Virus record (IMG/VR): IMGVR_UViG_3300023202_000102
Location: 2,700-66,699 of that record
DNA from: a virus
Taxonomy: Duplodnaviria; Heunggongvirae; Uroviricota; Caudoviricetes
Reading direction: 5' to 3' (one strand)
Length of the DNA: 64,000 nt
Numbering within the stretch: position 1 is the stretch's first letter; the number at the start of each line of letters is the position of its first letter. Both the position numbers and the translations under genes were made by a program. Positions 62,660-64,000 of this stretch are shown piece after piece. A model generated the notes under the pieces. The model had not been told where the DNA came from. It was given only the letters and a program-made list of their open reading frames with translations, and did not search any database.

Positions 62660-63334
62660 ATGTCAGACCTAAAATCTCGTGTGAAAAGAATCATCACCGG
62701 AAGTGCAAGCGCTTTGATCTCAAGCATCGAAGACATGGCACCAGAGATGATCATGGAAGAAGCAATCCGTGAGATTGAACTTGCTGCTGAAGATGTTCGA
62801 GCAGAACACGGAAAGGAGATGTCATCTAGACATCTAGTAAGGCTTCGTCTTGAGGAAGAGCAGACCAAGCATGAAGAGCTTCAGAAAGAGATTGCTCTTG
62901 CTGCCAAGGAAGGGCGTGATGATCTTGCTGAGGCAGGCATCGAGAAGCAGCTGAGTATTGAAGCACAGTTTCCTATCCTGGAAACCTCCATTCAAGAACA
63001 CACGAACAACATTGCTGAGCTTGAAGGGTTCACCGATGCGCTCAAAGGTAAGCGTTCAGAGATGCAGGCAGACTTAATCACCTTCCGTAAGGAGAACAAA
63101 AAGGTGAAGGCTCTTGAGTCCAGTGGTCAGTCTGGAGACAAAAAGATCACAGCACATGTCAAGGCAGAGAAAGCATCAAATGTTTTTGATAGAATGCTTG
63201 CTCGGCAGGCAAACCTTCCCAGTAGGTCAGAGACTGGTAATGCAAAGCAACTTGCAGAACTGAGCGAGCTGTCTCGAAAGAACAAGATCAAGGAACGTCT
63301 CGCTCAGGTCAAAGCCTTACCATCAGCAGAGTGA
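62660..63334 (+). CDS. pspA: PspA/IM30/Vipp1-family (ESCRT-III-like) membrane-stress protein
   Basis: Collinear with PspA: 'RVKRIITGSASALISSIED', 'RDDLAEAGIEKQ' (compare REDLARAALIEKQ), 'ILETSIQEHTNNIAELEGFTDALKGKRSEMQ'; all-helical coiled coil of about 220 aa. Confidence 0.7.
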   Translation: MSDLKSRVKRIITGSASALISSIEDMAPEMIMEEAIREIELAAEDVRAEHGKEMSSRHLVRLRLEEEQTKHEELQKEIALAAKEGRDDLAEAGIEKQLSIEAQFPILETSIQEHTNNIAELEGFTDALKGKRSEMQADLITFRKENKKVKALESSGQSGDKKITAHVKAEKASNVFDRMLARQANLPSRSETGNAKQLAELSELSRKNKIKERLAQVKALPSAE

Positions 63335-63888
63335 AGACTCTCATATTAACTGTAGGTTTACCTCGTTCTGGTAAATCAACATGGGCTAAGAGACAGGGTG
63401 TTCCCGTTGTTAGTCCTGATTCGATACGCTTGGCATTACACGGCCAGGCATGGGAACCCTTAGCTGAGGGTTTTGTGTGGGCCATTGCGAAGGTGATGGT
63501 CCGCGCTCTATTTATCTCTGGGCATGATGTGGTCATTCTTGACAGCACTGGTAATACAGTAGCGCGCAGAGGTGACTTTAGATCCAAGAGCTGGAGCAGG
63601 ATGTACAAGGTGATTGATACAGATAAGGAGACTTGTATGGTCAGAGCCAAAGACACTGACCAAGAATATCTGATACCAGTTATCGAGAAGATGGTGGAAG
63701 AACATAACCCCGTTCGATATGATGAGCTTGAAGTGTATGACGAGGAGGTCTGTTCAGCTTGTAGCGGCAATGGTGGTCGTACCGAACCAGCAATAGCTCA
63801 TACAGATATGTGGATTCCATGTGATCGGTGCGATAAAGGCAAGGCAAGGATTCAAAAACCGCTTCCGATAGGTGAAGACAATGGGTGA
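63331..63888 (+). CDS. P-loop kinase (AAA_33 / polynucleotide-kinase-like) with C-terminal zinc ribbon
   Basis: Walker A 'TVGLPRSGKSTWA'; 'CSACSGNGG...CDRCDKGKA'. Confidence 0.55.
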   Translation: MKTLILTVGLPRSGKSTWAKRQGVPVVSPDSIRLALHGQAWEPLAEGFVWAIAKVMVRALFISGHDVVILDSTGNTVARRGDFRSKSWSRMYKVIDTDKETCMVRAKDTDQEYLIPVIEKMVEEHNPVRYDELEVYDEEVCSACSGNGGRTEPAIAHTDMWIPCDRCDKGKARIQKPLPIGEDNG

Positions 63889-63897
63889 AAAACTACG

Positions 63898-64000
63898 ACA
63901 TCATGTAACCATGAATGAGATCTGGGAAGCGATCTATCTTTATTGGGAGACAAAGGGCTTTAAAATTAACAAGTTCTCATACTGGGTTAGGAATCGTAAT
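63898..64000 (+). CDS. Start of a further hypothetical gene (truncated by the window end)
   Basis: ATG at 63898 after GAAGACA/GGGTGA Shine-Dalgarno-like context; MGEKLRHHVTMNEIWEAIYLYWETKGF... Confidence 0.3.

Noticed and set aside
1-64000. CRISPR arrays, rRNA genes, integrase/attachment sites, transposases
   Set aside because: No regularly spaced direct repeats with unique spacers. No rRNA-like conserved stretches. No tyrosine or serine recombinase or DDE motifs were seen in any frame.

Overview
This 64 kb window reads like a densely packed segment of a large (jumbo-type) tailed bacteriophage or prophage. Base composition is about 42% GC. Shine-Dalgarno sites (GGAGG/AGGAG), sigma70-like promoters (TCTTGACA/G, 16-17 nt spacer, TAnnnT) and rho-independent terminators are all bacterial in style.

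Positions 1-12612 carry a leftward-transcribed structural module. It holds four glycine-rich repeat 'fiber' paralogs sharing a conserved N-terminus and a conserved ~50 aa module, plus a 1160 aa protein built from concanavalin-A/LamG-like jelly-roll repeats and a small putative glycosyltransferase.

From 12999 to the end there are about 90 short, often overlapping, rightward genes. The main groups are:
- Translation-related: a tRNA with anticodon CAT whose acceptor stem carries the tRNA-Ile2 determinants (C4-G69, C5-G68), next to a gene for tRNA(Ile)-lysidine synthetase TilS; ribosomal protein bL12 (rplL); a Thg1-like tRNA 5'-nucleotidyltransferase; a SpoU-family RNA 2'-O-methyltransferase.
- Transcription and nucleoid: a small sigma-70-family factor; a DksA/TraR zinc-finger protein; two HU/IHF paralogs, one apparently frameshifted.
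- Proteostasis: two intact ClpP paralogs.
- DNA and nucleotide metabolism: NAD-dependent DNA ligase; an HNH endonuclease on the opposite strand flanked by tandem repeats; a frameshifted nucleoside 2-deoxyribosyltransferase; a NADAR/YbiA-domain protein.
- Cell-envelope proteins: a GT51/MtgA-like biosynthetic peptidoglycan glycosyltransferase fused to a long membrane-anchored N-terminal domain; a GH73 glucosaminidase with a C-terminal transmembrane (TM) anchor; an SPFH/band-7 lipoprotein; a PspA/Vipp1 homolog; a LemA-like protein; an AAA+ ATPase.
- Coenzyme A: split CoaB and CoaC genes next to an NRDE/TANGO2-family protein.

Also present are a PPP-family phosphatase, a secreted HExxH peptidase, an M16 peptidase, a GNAT acetyltransferase, a P-loop kinase, a 445-bp structured non-coding region with tRNA-like T-arm/CCA motifs, and a ~0.9 kb GC-rich island (about 56-58% GC) that encodes a paralog of an upstream gene. 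No rRNA or CRISPR array was found. All assignments rest on motif-level reading of the six-frame translations; no database search was run.
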